A stretch of DNA of 63,139 bases, filler included, from Aduncisulcus paluster (taxonomy: Eukaryota), in the NCBI GenBank assembly GCA_024181965.1. It is 30 parts of 30 records of this genome, joined end to end, with 100 filler letters (N's around TTAATTAATTAA, not from the genome) between each part and the next. Parts side by side here need not be neighbours in the genome. Positions count along the whole stretch, not along the records: positions 41,694 to 59,006 come from BQXS01002465.1; 29 more parts are not named here. One strand, given 5' to 3'. Below the pieces are notes generated by a model. It searched no databases. It saw only the letters and a list, made by a program, of their open reading frames with translations, and was not told the DNA's origin. A program made the position numbers and the translations under genes. Each line of letters opens with the position of its first letter. Position 1 is the first letter of the stretch. Positions 47,611-58,054 of the stretch are shown piece after piece.

Positions 47611-50442
47611 ATGGCTACGCATATATTTGGAGGAAGTATAACCAAATTTAATGGCTTCTTGCCCAAAAATGAATTTGTTTCTCTTTCTCGAGATGGTTTA
47701 GTGATCGCTGATGTCAGAGCTACTAAAATCCGAAAAGTCATATCCATACCAAAGAAATTTTTATCCAATATTATTGATGGAGCTCTTATTTCAGAATCTA
47801 CCCATATTGTATTAATATCTCATTCTGAGCTCCGTATATTTCATATTCCATCGGGAAAAGAGGTGTATAAAATTAGAACTAAGAAATATTCTGTTGAAAA
47901 AATTGTTAATAATGCATATTCATCAAGTTTTATTGTTGCTACCTCTTCAACCAGACACCGAAAGATTGTTTTGTTTCGATTTGATTATTCATCCTCTGAC
48001 AAAACATTAAATATTTCTAATCCGATTCCTTTTGTATCGTACATTGTGTCTTCTCGTTCAAATGCTATATTATCCCTTGCGTCTTGCCCCGATAATTCAG
48101 TTCTTCTAACTCATGGAAATATTGTTTCCACCATTCCTTTGTCAGCTTCTAGCCTTCAAACTGGTGTTATCATGGCTGATATGGATCCAACTCTATTTTA
48201 TTCCTCTTCTTCCATTACTTGCTGCTGTTCCTCCCCGTCCTTGCATTCACAGATAAGTGGAAATGGATGTAAAAATGCTATTGGGCTAACAAGTGGTGAA
48301 ATTCTTCTCTTTTCTTCCCATTCGTCTCTTTCTCGCGTTGGGAGTTCACGTCTACTTCCAATGACAGCTGTGGAGGATATTTCTGAAGGATGGGACAGTT
48401 CAGGGTGTAAAAAACACGATATTAAACAATATGACACTGTCCATGTCCACACTAACGTTTATTCTCATTATAAGGCCCGTTTGCATTGGCATAGTGCAGC
48501 CGTTAATACTTTATGTTTCCATGATGGTGGTGACACTCTCTTAAGTGGGGGAAGTGAAAACTCTCTTGTTTGTTGGGATATGATGAATGTTCAACCATCT
48601 TTTGTCCGATTACTTGTTCATCCGATTGCCATTCACTTGCCTCCTGCTTCATCGACTCTCCCTTGTATTGCTGTTGTTCAGAGAAATAACGCCGTTGTTT
48701 TCATTAGATTACACTCTCGAACATACCACTCCGATACTCTCATTGCTGTTTTGCAAGGAATTCACTCAAAAACACCCCAAGAATCTATTTTTGGATCACA
48801 GTGTGACATTGATTCTATTTCTGGCGATCTTTTGATACCAAGTATTCATGGGTGTTGTCAGATGGTTCCGATTTTAAACCGAAAGAAGCCATCCAAAACT
48901 ATTAAGAAAATGATTTTGGACAAGGCTGACTCTGAAAGGTTTGATGGAGAACGAAAACTTCGGAAAAAACAAGGTGCATGTTTAAAATGTAATGGTCCGG
49001 TCTCATTTTTCTCAGCACTTGATAAAACATTAATTGGAATGCATGGTTCAATTGTTCTTGAACATGTTCCTCCAGTCCAAACCAAATCAGTTAACCCTCA
49101 ACTCCAAGCCAAAGCTGGGTTATCTGCAACGCTTGATTATCCAAGAATAATATCATTATCTGTTAATTCCGATATCTTGGCGGCAATCGTCTCGACTTCT
49201 TTAGGCGTATATCTTCATTTCTTCTCACTGACATATCCAACCTGTTCTATTTTTGGATCTACTCATTTGGGTGATTCTATTTTTGGATGTGTGAAAGTGA
49301 GAGCTGATGGTAAGCGTGTTGTGTGTGCTTATAGTGGGGAAATTAGAGAGTATGACACGAGTGGAGATGAAGTCAAAGTCTTAGGAATTAAAGAAAAAAC
49401 ATCTTCAGGAAATGTTATTTCCATGGAATACTCTGGAGATACGTTGTATTTCTGTTGTTTGAGTGATGACAACTCACTCACATTCAATGTTTCTCATCCT
49501 TCTGGAGCTATTTTTAGTCAAATTATTGACGATGGAGATCTTTATGGAGATGAAGATTCTGATTTCAAGGAGGTTTCTTCTTTGTCACGTAAATTACCTT
49601 CTCATCTTCTTCCTGCTTCGGTAAGTCAAGAAATACGGACCACTCACAAGATATCAAAACCAAAAAGAAAGAAAGAAATATCGTCATTTTTTTCTAAGGT
49701 GAAAATTAGCGTGTCAACTGAAAATGATCTCGTTTCTGATATTTTAGATAGGTCAAGCATTGTGGCTGTCCTGGTTGATGATAGAATATGTTCTATATTT
49801 AGGATCATTGAGAAAGTGGTTGTTCCAAGTGGAAAAGAAAAGAAAGAGGAAGAAGAGATTGATGTTGTTAACTATGACGGTCTTGAAACAGATTCAGACG
49901 TTTATTTGTCTTTGGAAACTGTTTTGTCTCATGACGATATCAAACAATGTATTGGAGTTTCTCAAAATAGTGCTCCAAAAATAGATATTCTTGATGTTAT
50001 CTCGTGTAACCACCATATTTATATCGCTATTCGTGGACCTTCTTCTATTTCGCTCCTTTCTTGTCTCTTTAAACGTTTGTCAAAGAAGAGATTCAATGTT
50101 ATTCAAGATCTTGGTAGTGTTTCTCAAAATATATCTATTTTTGGAGCTCAACAAGGCATTGTTTGTGTTTGTGAAGGTGACGAAACGAATGTCATTTCCA
50201 TTTTCCACGATCGAGCTAAAGATATTGTGAAGGAAGAGGAGGAAGAAGAAGATGTCAAGATCCATCCAGATGCTCACATCATGAAAAATGCTGGATTATT
50301 GGATGCGGACAAGTCTAAACAAATTGGACAAGCAAAACACAGTGTTATTGTTAAAGAATTAAGTCTTCCAACTAAAATACATTCCTTGGCCGAAATTTAT
50401 AACGATATTACAAAACAAATCATTTCTTGGGAATCATTTTAG
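47611..50442 (+). CDS. WDR75: WD40 protein, WDR75/Utp17-like SSU processome component
   Basis: LHWHSAAVNTLCF..GDTLLSGGSENSLVCW resembles the WDR75/Nan1 signature; 943 aa. Confidence 0.7.
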   Translation: MATHIFGGSITKFNGFLPKNEFVSLSRDGLVIADVRATKIRKVISIPKKFLSNIIDGALISESTHIVLISHSELRIFHIPSGKEVYKIRTKKYSVEKIVNNAYSSSFIVATSSTRHRKIVLFRFDYSSSDKTLNISNPIPFVSYIVSSRSNAILSLASCPDNSVLLTHGNIVSTIPLSASSLQTGVIMADMDPTLFYSSSSITCCCSSPSLHSQISGNGCKNAIGLTSGEILLFSSHSSLSRVGSSRLLPMTAVEDISEGWDSSGCKKHDIKQYDTVHVHTNVYSHYKARLHWHSAAVNTLCFHDGGDTLLSGGSENSLVCWDMMNVQPSFVRLLVHPIAIHLPPASSTLPCIAVVQRNNAVVFIRLHSRTYHSDTLIAVLQGIHSKTPQESIFGSQCDIDSISGDLLIPSIHGCCQMVPILNRKKPSKTIKKMILDKADSERFDGERKLRKKQGACLKCNGPVSFFSALDKTLIGMHGSIVLEHVPPVQTKSVNPQLQAKAGLSATLDYPRIISLSVNSDILAAIVSTSLGVYLHFFSLTYPTCSIFGSTHLGDSIFGCVKVRADGKRVVCAYSGEIREYDTSGDEVKVLGIKEKTSSGNVISMEYSGDTLYFCCLSDDNSLTFNVSHPSGAIFSQIIDDGDLYGDEDSDFKEVSSLSRKLPSHLLPASVSQEIRTTHKISKPKRKKEISSFFSKVKISVSTENDLVSDILDRSSIVAVLVDDRICSIFRIIEKVVVPSGKEKKEEEEIDVVNYDGLETDSDVYLSLETVLSHDDIKQCIGVSQNSAPKIDILDVISCNHHIYIAIRGPSSISLLSCLFKRLSKKRFNVIQDLGSVSQNISIFGAQQGIVCVCEGDETNVISIFHDRAKDIVKEEEEEEDVKIHPDAHIMKNAGLLDADKSKQIGQAKHSVIVKELSLPTKIHSLAEIYNDITKQIISWESF

Positions 50443-50899
50443 TTTTATTCTCTTTGCATATTCAAATAAAACCTCTAAACTATGGACTTTTTCATCTAGT
50501 AATAGCAATTTCTCATTTAATTGCTTTTCTAGAAGATCAAGAATGAAAAACGATTTGATAGTAAAATAAACATTCTACACACATAAAAAAAACAGACATA
50601 TGATGTACAACATACCATTTTCCATAATTTTCTCCTTTATAACTAGTATTTCATGTAAACTCTGAGATATTATTGATTTTGTCGTGGTCGCATTAAAGGA
50701 AGCTTTTTCTGGCGGTTTTCTGCCTCTTTTGCTCAAAGGGTTGGCTTTAAACATTTATATTGTATTAATAAAATTTCTATTGTTTGTCAAATTAGAATTG
50801 GGCAAGTATGATGTAGGAACATTATGTATGATATCAATTGTATAAAAAGTATAAAATGGGGCAAAAATTTTTTTATTATTATTTCATATTATGCAGGAC

Positions 50900-50973
50900 G
50901 AGTATTCTTCATCTCAGAGAAGAGAGGCATCGAATCATGTTTGTCCCTTCCCTTTCACAGATAAAGTATGCTC
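50900..50973 (-). promoter_or_regulatory. Candidate eukaryotic SECIS element (GUGA type, form 2)
   Basis: GAGCAUACUUUAUCU-GUGAA-AGGGAAGGGAC-AAA-CAUGAUUCGAUG-CCUCUCUUCUCU-GA-GAUGAAGAAUACUC: helix I, UGA/GA core, 10-bp helix II, apical AAA, mini-stem. Confidence 0.7.
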
Positions 50974-51004
50974 AATCCAGATAAACCAGAGAGAAAATAT
51001 GTCA

Positions 51005-51041
51005 TGCAGAGAGAATGGACTTTATCCTAGAACTCTCTGCA
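51005..51041 (-). promoter_or_regulatory. Stem-loop 7 nt downstream of the UGA (SRE-like)
   Basis: UGCAGAGAG-uucua-GGAU-aaa-GUCC-auu-CUCUCUGCA. Confidence 0.5.
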
Positions 51042-51042
51042 A

Positions 51043-51540
51043 TTATCCTCACTTAGAACAGCCATCAATATCTCCTTGTTGAACAACTGTTTTTTTGGAA
51101 CGTGTGATGCCACCAAATTCAAGTAAGTCGAGCTGAGTTTCATCGATGTCACCAACGTTTCCTGATATAAATAAAGTTAAATTATGAACTTTAAAGAATT
51201 TTGAAGGGTCTAATTCTATTTTTGTTGGTCCTTCAGCAACCCACGCATCTTCAGACAATGTTATCTCCTGAACAGGATCTTCCTCCTCAACATCATCAAA
51301 GTCGAGAGGTGTAGAATTGATAAAAAGCTTAATGGTTGAAGGAAAAGCTTCTTTTATAGGGGAATGTATTTGAAAAGATAATAAACGAACTGTACTTTGA
51401 AATACAATCCGAAATAGAAGAGTTTCATCACATTCACTTTTCATGATGACATCTCTTGATATTAGTCTTTGAAGAGTTGTTGAACCATTTTGAACACCTG
51501 ATTGTTCAATTTCAATTTCTTCAATTAAATTCACTTCCAT
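51043..51540 (-). CDS. PITH-domain protein with C-terminal C-S-K-U-G (candidate selenoprotein); start at 51540, alternatively 51573
   Basis: PITH motifs SECDETLLFRIVF, PSTIKLFIN..LDFDD, KFFKVHNLTLFISGN, ETQL..LEFGG; 3' end TGT TCT AAG TGA GGA TAA. Confidence 0.8.
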
Positions 51541-51872
51541 CTGATTCAAAAATGAATCGGACAAACCTAGCATACATTTCCAGAAAAATCTCTAAAAATA
51601 GATTTTTATTTATATTATTTCTAAATATATTTTTATATTAATCTATTATATTTACTAATGATAATTTTATTAAAATAAATTTCTTTATAATCTATTTTTA
51701 GGTAATTTAGAATGGATGCACATGACTTGAAAATTCAAAAATCATATGCTTGAAAAAAAGCTCCTTATAGATATTTATGAATAAAATAACAAAATATTAG
51801 TGATTTGCTTCTGTTCTGAACGAGATGCTCTCCAGCCTCTATCCGTCAAGTTTTTCTTGTATTACCACTTTA

Positions 51873-53007
51873 ATGAAGGATATCAGAATTGGAGATACCA
51901 TTAGAATACCTGCTAATGTAGAAAAGGTATGTGTTTTTGTATTTTGCTCATTGTTTCTTCTAGTTTTGTTTCACTCTCACCACCGTTTTATTTCTCTAGG
52001 GATTCCCTGAATTATCCATAACCCCTGAAAGAGTTATCGGTTCTGGTTCATTTGGTGTTGTTTTTTTGGGAAGAACGGTGCCAGAAGGTCAAACAGTTGC
52101 TATAAAAAAGGTTCTTCAGGATAAGCGCTATAAAAACAGAGAATTGCAAATATCTTCTTCGTTATCTCATCCAAATGTTGTGAGATTTCGGCAATGCTTC
52201 TATTCTCCTGGTTCAAAGCCTGAAGAAGTATACCTAAATCTCATTATGGATTATTACCCTGAAACTGTTTATTCAATATGTAAGCAATATAATAGACTTA
52301 GACAATCAATGCCAATGATCCTTGTTCGCCTTTTTTCTTATCAACTTTTCCGTTCCCTTGCCTATATTCACAGCAAGCATCATACATGTCATAGAGATAT
52401 CAAACCCCAGAATTTACTTGTTGATCCGGGCACTGGCCACCTTGTTCTATGTGATTTTGGGAGTGCCAAGCAGTTAAGACCTGGGGAACCCAATGTTTCA
52501 TACATTTGCTCAAGGTATTATCGCGCCCCTGAATTAATCTTCGGTGCAACATTATATACTTCTGCTATTGACGTGTGGAGTGCCGGATGTGTTGTTGCAG
52601 AGTTATTACTTGGTCAACCGATCTTCCCTGGTGAGACAAGTGTCGATCAGCTTGTTGAGATCATTAGAACTATTGGAAGCCCAAACAAAGATGATATCCG
52701 TGCAATGAATGAACAATACACAGAATTCAAGTTTCCTTCAATTCGTGCTCATCCATGGGAAAAAGTTTTCCGTGGCAGAACACCAAGTTCAGCTATTGAG
52801 CTTATTTCTCAATTATTAGTGTATAACCCCAAGAAAAGATTGACAGCTATCGAGGCTTTGGCTCATCCTTTCTTTGATCCCCTCCGTGAACCCGGGGTAA
52901 GATTGCCAAATGGGAAAACTTTGCCAAATCTATTCGATTTTTCTCCCTCTGAACTTTCTTTGATGTCAATGGAACTTAGAGAAAAAATTCTTCCTAAAAA
53001 GAAATAA
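51873..53007 (+). CDS. GSK3: GSK3/shaggy-like kinase; exons 51873-51926 and 52000-53007
   Basis: GTATGT..TAG intron 51927-51999 restores [55 protein letters not shown]. Confidence 0.96.
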
Positions 53008-53128
53008 TAATTTCATTTTTTTTTTTCTGTTTTTATCTTTGCAACTTGGTCTAATAAATCTATAATCTGAGTTTTCGTTCATTTCAGAACAAGTTTGTTG
53101 GAAGTCTCTTTTTGGCCCCGTTAAATGA

Positions 53129-53825
53129 ATGTATGATATCGAAATTGTTATATTATTGAACAACATTGATGAACCGATTGAATCTGCTGTTATTTTAATG
53201 GACAGCTTCTTTGCAGAATCGTATTCATATTCGATTTGTATTTTTGACATTCGAAAATCAAGGCAAAGGGATTATTATAGTTTTGATCCGCTTCTTGATA
53301 ATCTAAGAACGAATTATAGGCATATAAAACGAATTTTTAGGGGAGATTTCTCTTATTGTTTTCAGCAATTGAATGTCACTCCAGCTTTTTCTTCTTTCAT
53401 TTCATTCTTTCCTGCCGATTTCGGATTCAGTGTATGTTTATTTTTGTTTATTTTTTCTTATTAATTATATATATATTCCTTACAAACAATTCAAGCTTGG
53501 TGATTTGAAAAGAGCTGTCATTTTTGCCTTGAGTTCATGTCGTTGCGTCTTATCTGAAGATTCAAGATGTAGAAAAGGACTTTGGAGATTTACAATGGGT
53601 TATCTACCCTCTTTTATTATTTGCTGTCCAAGTGAAATAATTGCTTCAATTTCTCATTCAACTTTTTCAAACTCAAATAGGAGTTTGGTGGAACTTGGGA
53701 TTTTAATTTATTTCTTCTGTCTTAATAGTGATATTGAATTAAGAATTTTGTCATATAATTGTAAATTGTCAAAGAAATATCGATTTAATAGGTTTATTTC
53801 TGGTTTTAAAACGATATTTCTGTAA
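53129..53825 (+). CDS. Hypothetical protein; exons 53129-53431 and 53496-53825
   Basis: Two ORFs joined in frame by a phase-0 64-nt GTATGT..AAG intron. Confidence 0.6.
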
Positions 53826-54309
53826 GTTTTTGTTTGTTTGTTTGTTTTTTTATGTTTTGTTTTTTTGCCTTCTTTACAATTGAAATCAAATGATTATTTA
53901 TTGATAAATCTATAGTTTATCGATAATAGAATGAATGTGAGTTGCAATCCCGGCATCAAGTGTCTTCATTTTGTGATGAGAGGAGAGAGAAGACCGTACG
54001 AATCTATAAACTTGGCCAATCTCCTCAGAAATGCTNNNNNNNNNNNNNNNNNNNNGATTTAATAGGTTTATTTCTGGTTTTAAAACGATATTTCTGTAAG
54101 TTTTTGTTTGTTTGTTTGTTTTTTTATGTTTTGTTTTTTTGCCTTCTTTACAATTGAAATCAAATGATTATTTATTGATAAATCTATAGTTTATCGATAA
54201 TAGAATGAATGTGAGTTGCAATCCCGGCATCAAGTGTCTTCATTTTGTGATGAGAGGAGAGAGAAGACCGTACGAATCTATAAACTTGGCCAATCTCCTC
54301 AGAAATGCT
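53782..54309. repeat. 254-nt direct duplication (53782-54035 = 54056-54309) across a 20-N gap; assembly artefact
   Basis: Apparently identical copies either side of the scaffold gap. Confidence 0.9.
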
Positions 54310-55677
54310 ATTTCTGGCCACAAGAGATGTCAATATTGATGGCATTTGTGGAAATAAACTTGAGCTTGCCACCCTAATTTCTGGAGATATCAAAACTCCA
54401 TTAAATCGTTTAATTTGTGGACACAATTGGGCAATGAAAACCAATAGCATCGTTGGAGATATCTCTTTAAGCAATGGAACGTGGGATAGGTTTAATTCGG
54501 CCATGGATGAGAGGTGAGAAAAAATCACCAATTCGGAAATATTCGAACAAGTAGATCGGTCGATTTTAACAGATTTTATCTTGCTAATAACCAACGATTG
54601 GATACATTTCACAGCATTTTCCCATGTACAACCACATATCTGAACAGAATTAAATGTTTTTCGACTTTGTCCATGTGAATGCAAAAACTTCTCGACTCCG
54701 AGTCCCCCACATACAAGAGACTCCCTTTCTATCTTAAGAATCGTTGGCATAGTAAGTTCTTTCTTATCCCAAACATCACAGACATCACCAAGGGTCGGAA
54801 CAGATGGAACGGACGAAGATGACGCAATGGGAGTGCCAGGGACAACATCTTGGCGAGATCCAAGAGCTGCGTGCAATACTTTATCAATAGGAAGATATTG
54901 AAGCCTCGAGGCCATCGATTTGAAGTCATCCTCAAAGGAAGAGGAGAGAGTAACAGGGTTTGAACGAATTGAAAAATTTCGAAGACTTTGGATACTAAAT
55001 ATACTTACTATATCAGACAACTGTGCAATATTATTATTGGATATATATAATCTCATTAAAGCCGGTAAAGTTGAGATGGAAGGGCCAATCTTCTGAATCT
55101 TATTCCTCCGAACATTTAACTCTGTCAAGGCATGTAATCCTGATAAATTATCTAAAGAAGAGATTCTATTGTCAGATATATTTAATATTCTAAGCCTATG
55201 CATTGTGTGGAGATTCTCAACAACTTCAATAACATTCCCACGGAGATCAAGGACATCTAATTCAGAGAGGGAAGCAATACATGGTTCAATACACGACAAT
55301 CTATTATATCCAGCCATAAGCACTCTCAATCTTGGGGCTTCTTCAACCCCACGGAGACTTTCTAGCATATTTCCTGACAAATCAAGAAAAACAAGAGATT
55401 GATAATAATTTAAGTTTGTAATGCATGTTATTGCATTATCTTTAAGATTTAATAAACGAATAGCAGGGTCTACATGAGCAGGAATCGAAGATAATCCTTG
55501 TTTTTCAAGAATTAATCTTTCATCTTGCCTTTTGTCCTTTTTCAATGATGTTGGCGGTGCACCTCTACTTGCTAAACGAAATGAAGTGGGACCTTTTTCC
55601 ATTCTTGACCGGGAATATATAGAAGTGGAAGGTCGCTTCGATTGTGGAGGATTTGGTCTAATAGAAAAATAATCCAT
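54184..55677 (-). CDS. LRRC49: Leucine-rich repeat protein, LRRC49-like
   Basis: SDS22-type LRR array (IRLLNL..N, LDVLDLRGN, LTELNVRRN, NPV cap) in an order resembling LRRC49. Confidence 0.7.
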   Translation of the reverse strand: MDYFSIRPNPPQSKRPSTSIYSRSRMEKGPTSFRLASRGAPPTSLKKDKRQDERLILEKQGLSSIPAHVDPAIRLLNLKDNAITCITNLNYYQSLVFLDLSGNMLESLRGVEEAPRLRVLMAGYNRLSCIEPCIASLSELDVLDLRGNVIEVVENLHTMHRLRILNISDNRISSLDNLSGLHALTELNVRRNKIQKIGPSISTLPALMRLYISNNNIAQLSDIVSIFSIQSLRNFSIRSNPVTLSSSFEDDFKSMASRLQYLPIDKVLHAALGSRQDVVPGTPIASSSSVPSVPTLGDVCDVWDKKELTMPTILKIERESLVCGGLGVEKFLHSHGQSRKTFNSVQICGCTWENAVKCIQSLVISKIKSVKIDRSTCSNISELVIFSHLSSMAELNLSHVPLLKEISPTMLLVFIAQLCPQIKRFNGVLISPEIRVASSSLFPQMPSILTSLVARNSISEEIGQVYRFVRSSLSSHHKMKTLDAGIATHIHSIIDKL

Positions 55678-55753
55678 TAAATGTTTGTTAAAAAAAGTTA
55701 TATATTGAAATTATAAAGATGATTGGTATTGAATTGTTTAGAATCGTCACAAA

Positions 55754-57674
55754 ATGACGAAAAAAAATCTGAGAGCAACATCCTCCAATTTCTTGAAGGT
55801 CCGAAGGTATCCACGTTTTTTTTGTTTAAATTACAACTTACAGTTTGCATTTATTTATGAGTGCCGACTTTTATCATTCTTTTACCCCACAAGAACAATT
55901 TAGTTCATGCTTTTCCTCTATTGCCACTAGTAGCACTGTACCTCCCGTTTATCATGTCCAAGAGAGGAATCCTTCCCCTTACACGTTTTATTTACCCAAT
56001 TTCACTTCTCAATTGTTGATGGATTCCTCTTTGTCAAAATGGGTTTCTCGCCACTGTTCCAAGTTCCCTATCCATCGGTCTTACACATCCTTTCCCCATA
56101 TCCCTGTTCTTATGGATCTATCTACGCATGCTATTGCCATAAGATGTCCTGGATTAGGTTCTTCTGTATCTCCTCGGGAAATTCTAAGGTTACTACATGG
56201 TCGTGCACCCTCCTTTTCATTGAGTTGTGAAGAGACGAGATGTTTCGCTGAACCAAGCCATCCTTCAGACGGTCAGTACTCCCAAAGTTCTTTGCCGCCT
56301 TGGTTTGCTCCCGAGCATCCTGTTCCATACACAATCTATGAGCAAACTTCGAATTCTCTCCCGTTCACAAGCCCTTCTCAACTCTTATCGTGTCGTTGCG
56401 GAGGATGTGGCCTTCCCCCGTTCTGTGTCACTTCTGTTATCCATCATTTTGTGTCTGATGACGTGTTGATTATTGTTTTTCACGCCAAACACTTTGCTGA
56501 GAAAGCATGTGCATGGCTACGATCCCATTTTGCCCAGAGATGCATCCATTTCCCATTCATGTCCCGCTCTACACTCTCTTCCACAGTGCCTGTTTCTCCA
56601 AGTCCTGCATCAGTCCAAATTGGTTATGTTTTGCCCATTTTTTACGATGATATCTTCAAAAACCCTTATGCCGTCAAGAGAAATCCTTCTTCCGACAAGA
56701 TTATTGAATATGTGGCCGGTTACTCTTCATTTGGCGGTATAGATGGCTGTGGGAAGCTTCCCCTCCCAAGCCCTGAGTGTTTTCCCTTAAAATCTCCCCA
56801 ATATGATGCCTTAGAAGACGATTCTTCAATTCCTATGTCTGGTAAATCATGGATTTCAACCCCTTCTCTCCCATCTAGCACCGGTTCATCTCCTTTCTCT
56901 TCGGCCAGAACCGAGATATCGGCACATTCATCGGCACATTCATCGGCTAGATCCCAACTATCCATCGACTCAAGCTCTTCCCCTATCCTCTCCCCTCCAT
57001 CCACAGGCTTTGTTTTTCCGAGATCTTCGATGCTTATTCCCCAAGATTCTTCTCATTTTCCCGCACCTTTCCTCTCTCTTTCTCACCGTGTTGTCCGATT
57101 TCCTGGACCTATATCCTTGCTAAGTCGTGCCTTTCTTGCTCTTTCGAGGTCTGGTCGTGATGGGTTCTCTCTGTGTAACATGTCCCGTCTTGTGATGTTC
57201 GATGTGCGACAATCAATCGTTCTCTCTGATCTAGAGGGTGTGCTTAGCGTCTATAACATATTAGGTCTCCGTGAGAGTAGATTAAAATACTCAAAAACTC
57301 TGAAGGAAAAAGTTCGCTGTGTATTTGTCGAATTTAAAGATCGTAGGTCTCTATTGAAATGTATCCTTGACTTGGATAATCCGGTGTCCGAAGCATATAA
57401 ATTGAAGGGATATATAGGGGGCATTGACTTTGGAGCTCCTGGTGGTAAATTAGCTCATTCGTTCCTTTACATTCCATCCAGACCACCTTCTGTTGGACCC
57501 TTTTATAATGAATGGCTTGTCCCATCTTTAAAACCATATTTAAGTTGTTATGATAATGCTAGCATAGGAATTATGGATAAAAGGAGAGAATTTGTATCTG
57601 ATGTGGCTTCTGATTCCTTGAAACAGTTTTACGTTCCTTTATTTTTACAATGGTTCGGTGGATCTTTGGCTTGA
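55754..57674 (+). CDS. Hypothetical protein with Ser-rich region and RRM-like C-terminal segment; possible exon 55754-55806 plus 55844-57674
   Basis: 37-nt GTATCC..CAG intron joins ATG 55754 in frame; RCVFVEF resembles RNP1. Confidence 0.6.
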
Positions 57675-57693
57675 TTTCGTTCTTTGCAATATG

Positions 57694-57733
57694 GTCAATC
57701 AAAGTCAATCAAAGTCAAACAAAGTCAAACAAA
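57694..57733. repeat. 10-bp tandem repeat AAAGTCAA(T/A)C, about 4 copies
   Basis: ggtcaatc aaagtcaatc aaagtcaaac aaagtcaaac. Confidence 0.8.
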
Positions 57734-58018
57734 AAAATTATTAGATTGATACAATCTAAACAAACAAAACCCAAAATGTAGAATATTAATTTCCTTCCTT
57801 CTCATATTATTTTTTTTATTATTATTTTATTATTATTATTATATTTGCTTCATGTTTTCTCTAATTCTAATTGATTATTTTCTTGAATAACCCTGCTTTG
57901 ACTTTTTTTTCTTCTTAATTTCATTGTAATGCTTATTTATAATGAAATAGTTTGCAATTCCTTTCCTTTAAATCGATCAAGAATCAAAAAAAAATATATA
58001 TCTTCAGTTTTTCTCTTC

Positions 58019-58054
<36 letters not shown>

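Noticed and set aside
50891-51082. 63-aa plus-strand ORF
   Set aside because: Antisense shadow over the PITH 3' end, hairpin and SECIS; no recognisable protein features.
53782-54309. Tandem duplication of the 3' ends of two convergent genes
   Set aside because: Identical copies straddle a 20-N gap, the typical pattern of unmerged contig overlap.
55807-55843. GTATCC donor as a U12-type intron
   Set aside because: Lacks the full RTATCCTT donor and the TCCTTAAC branch site; better treated as a variant U2 donor.
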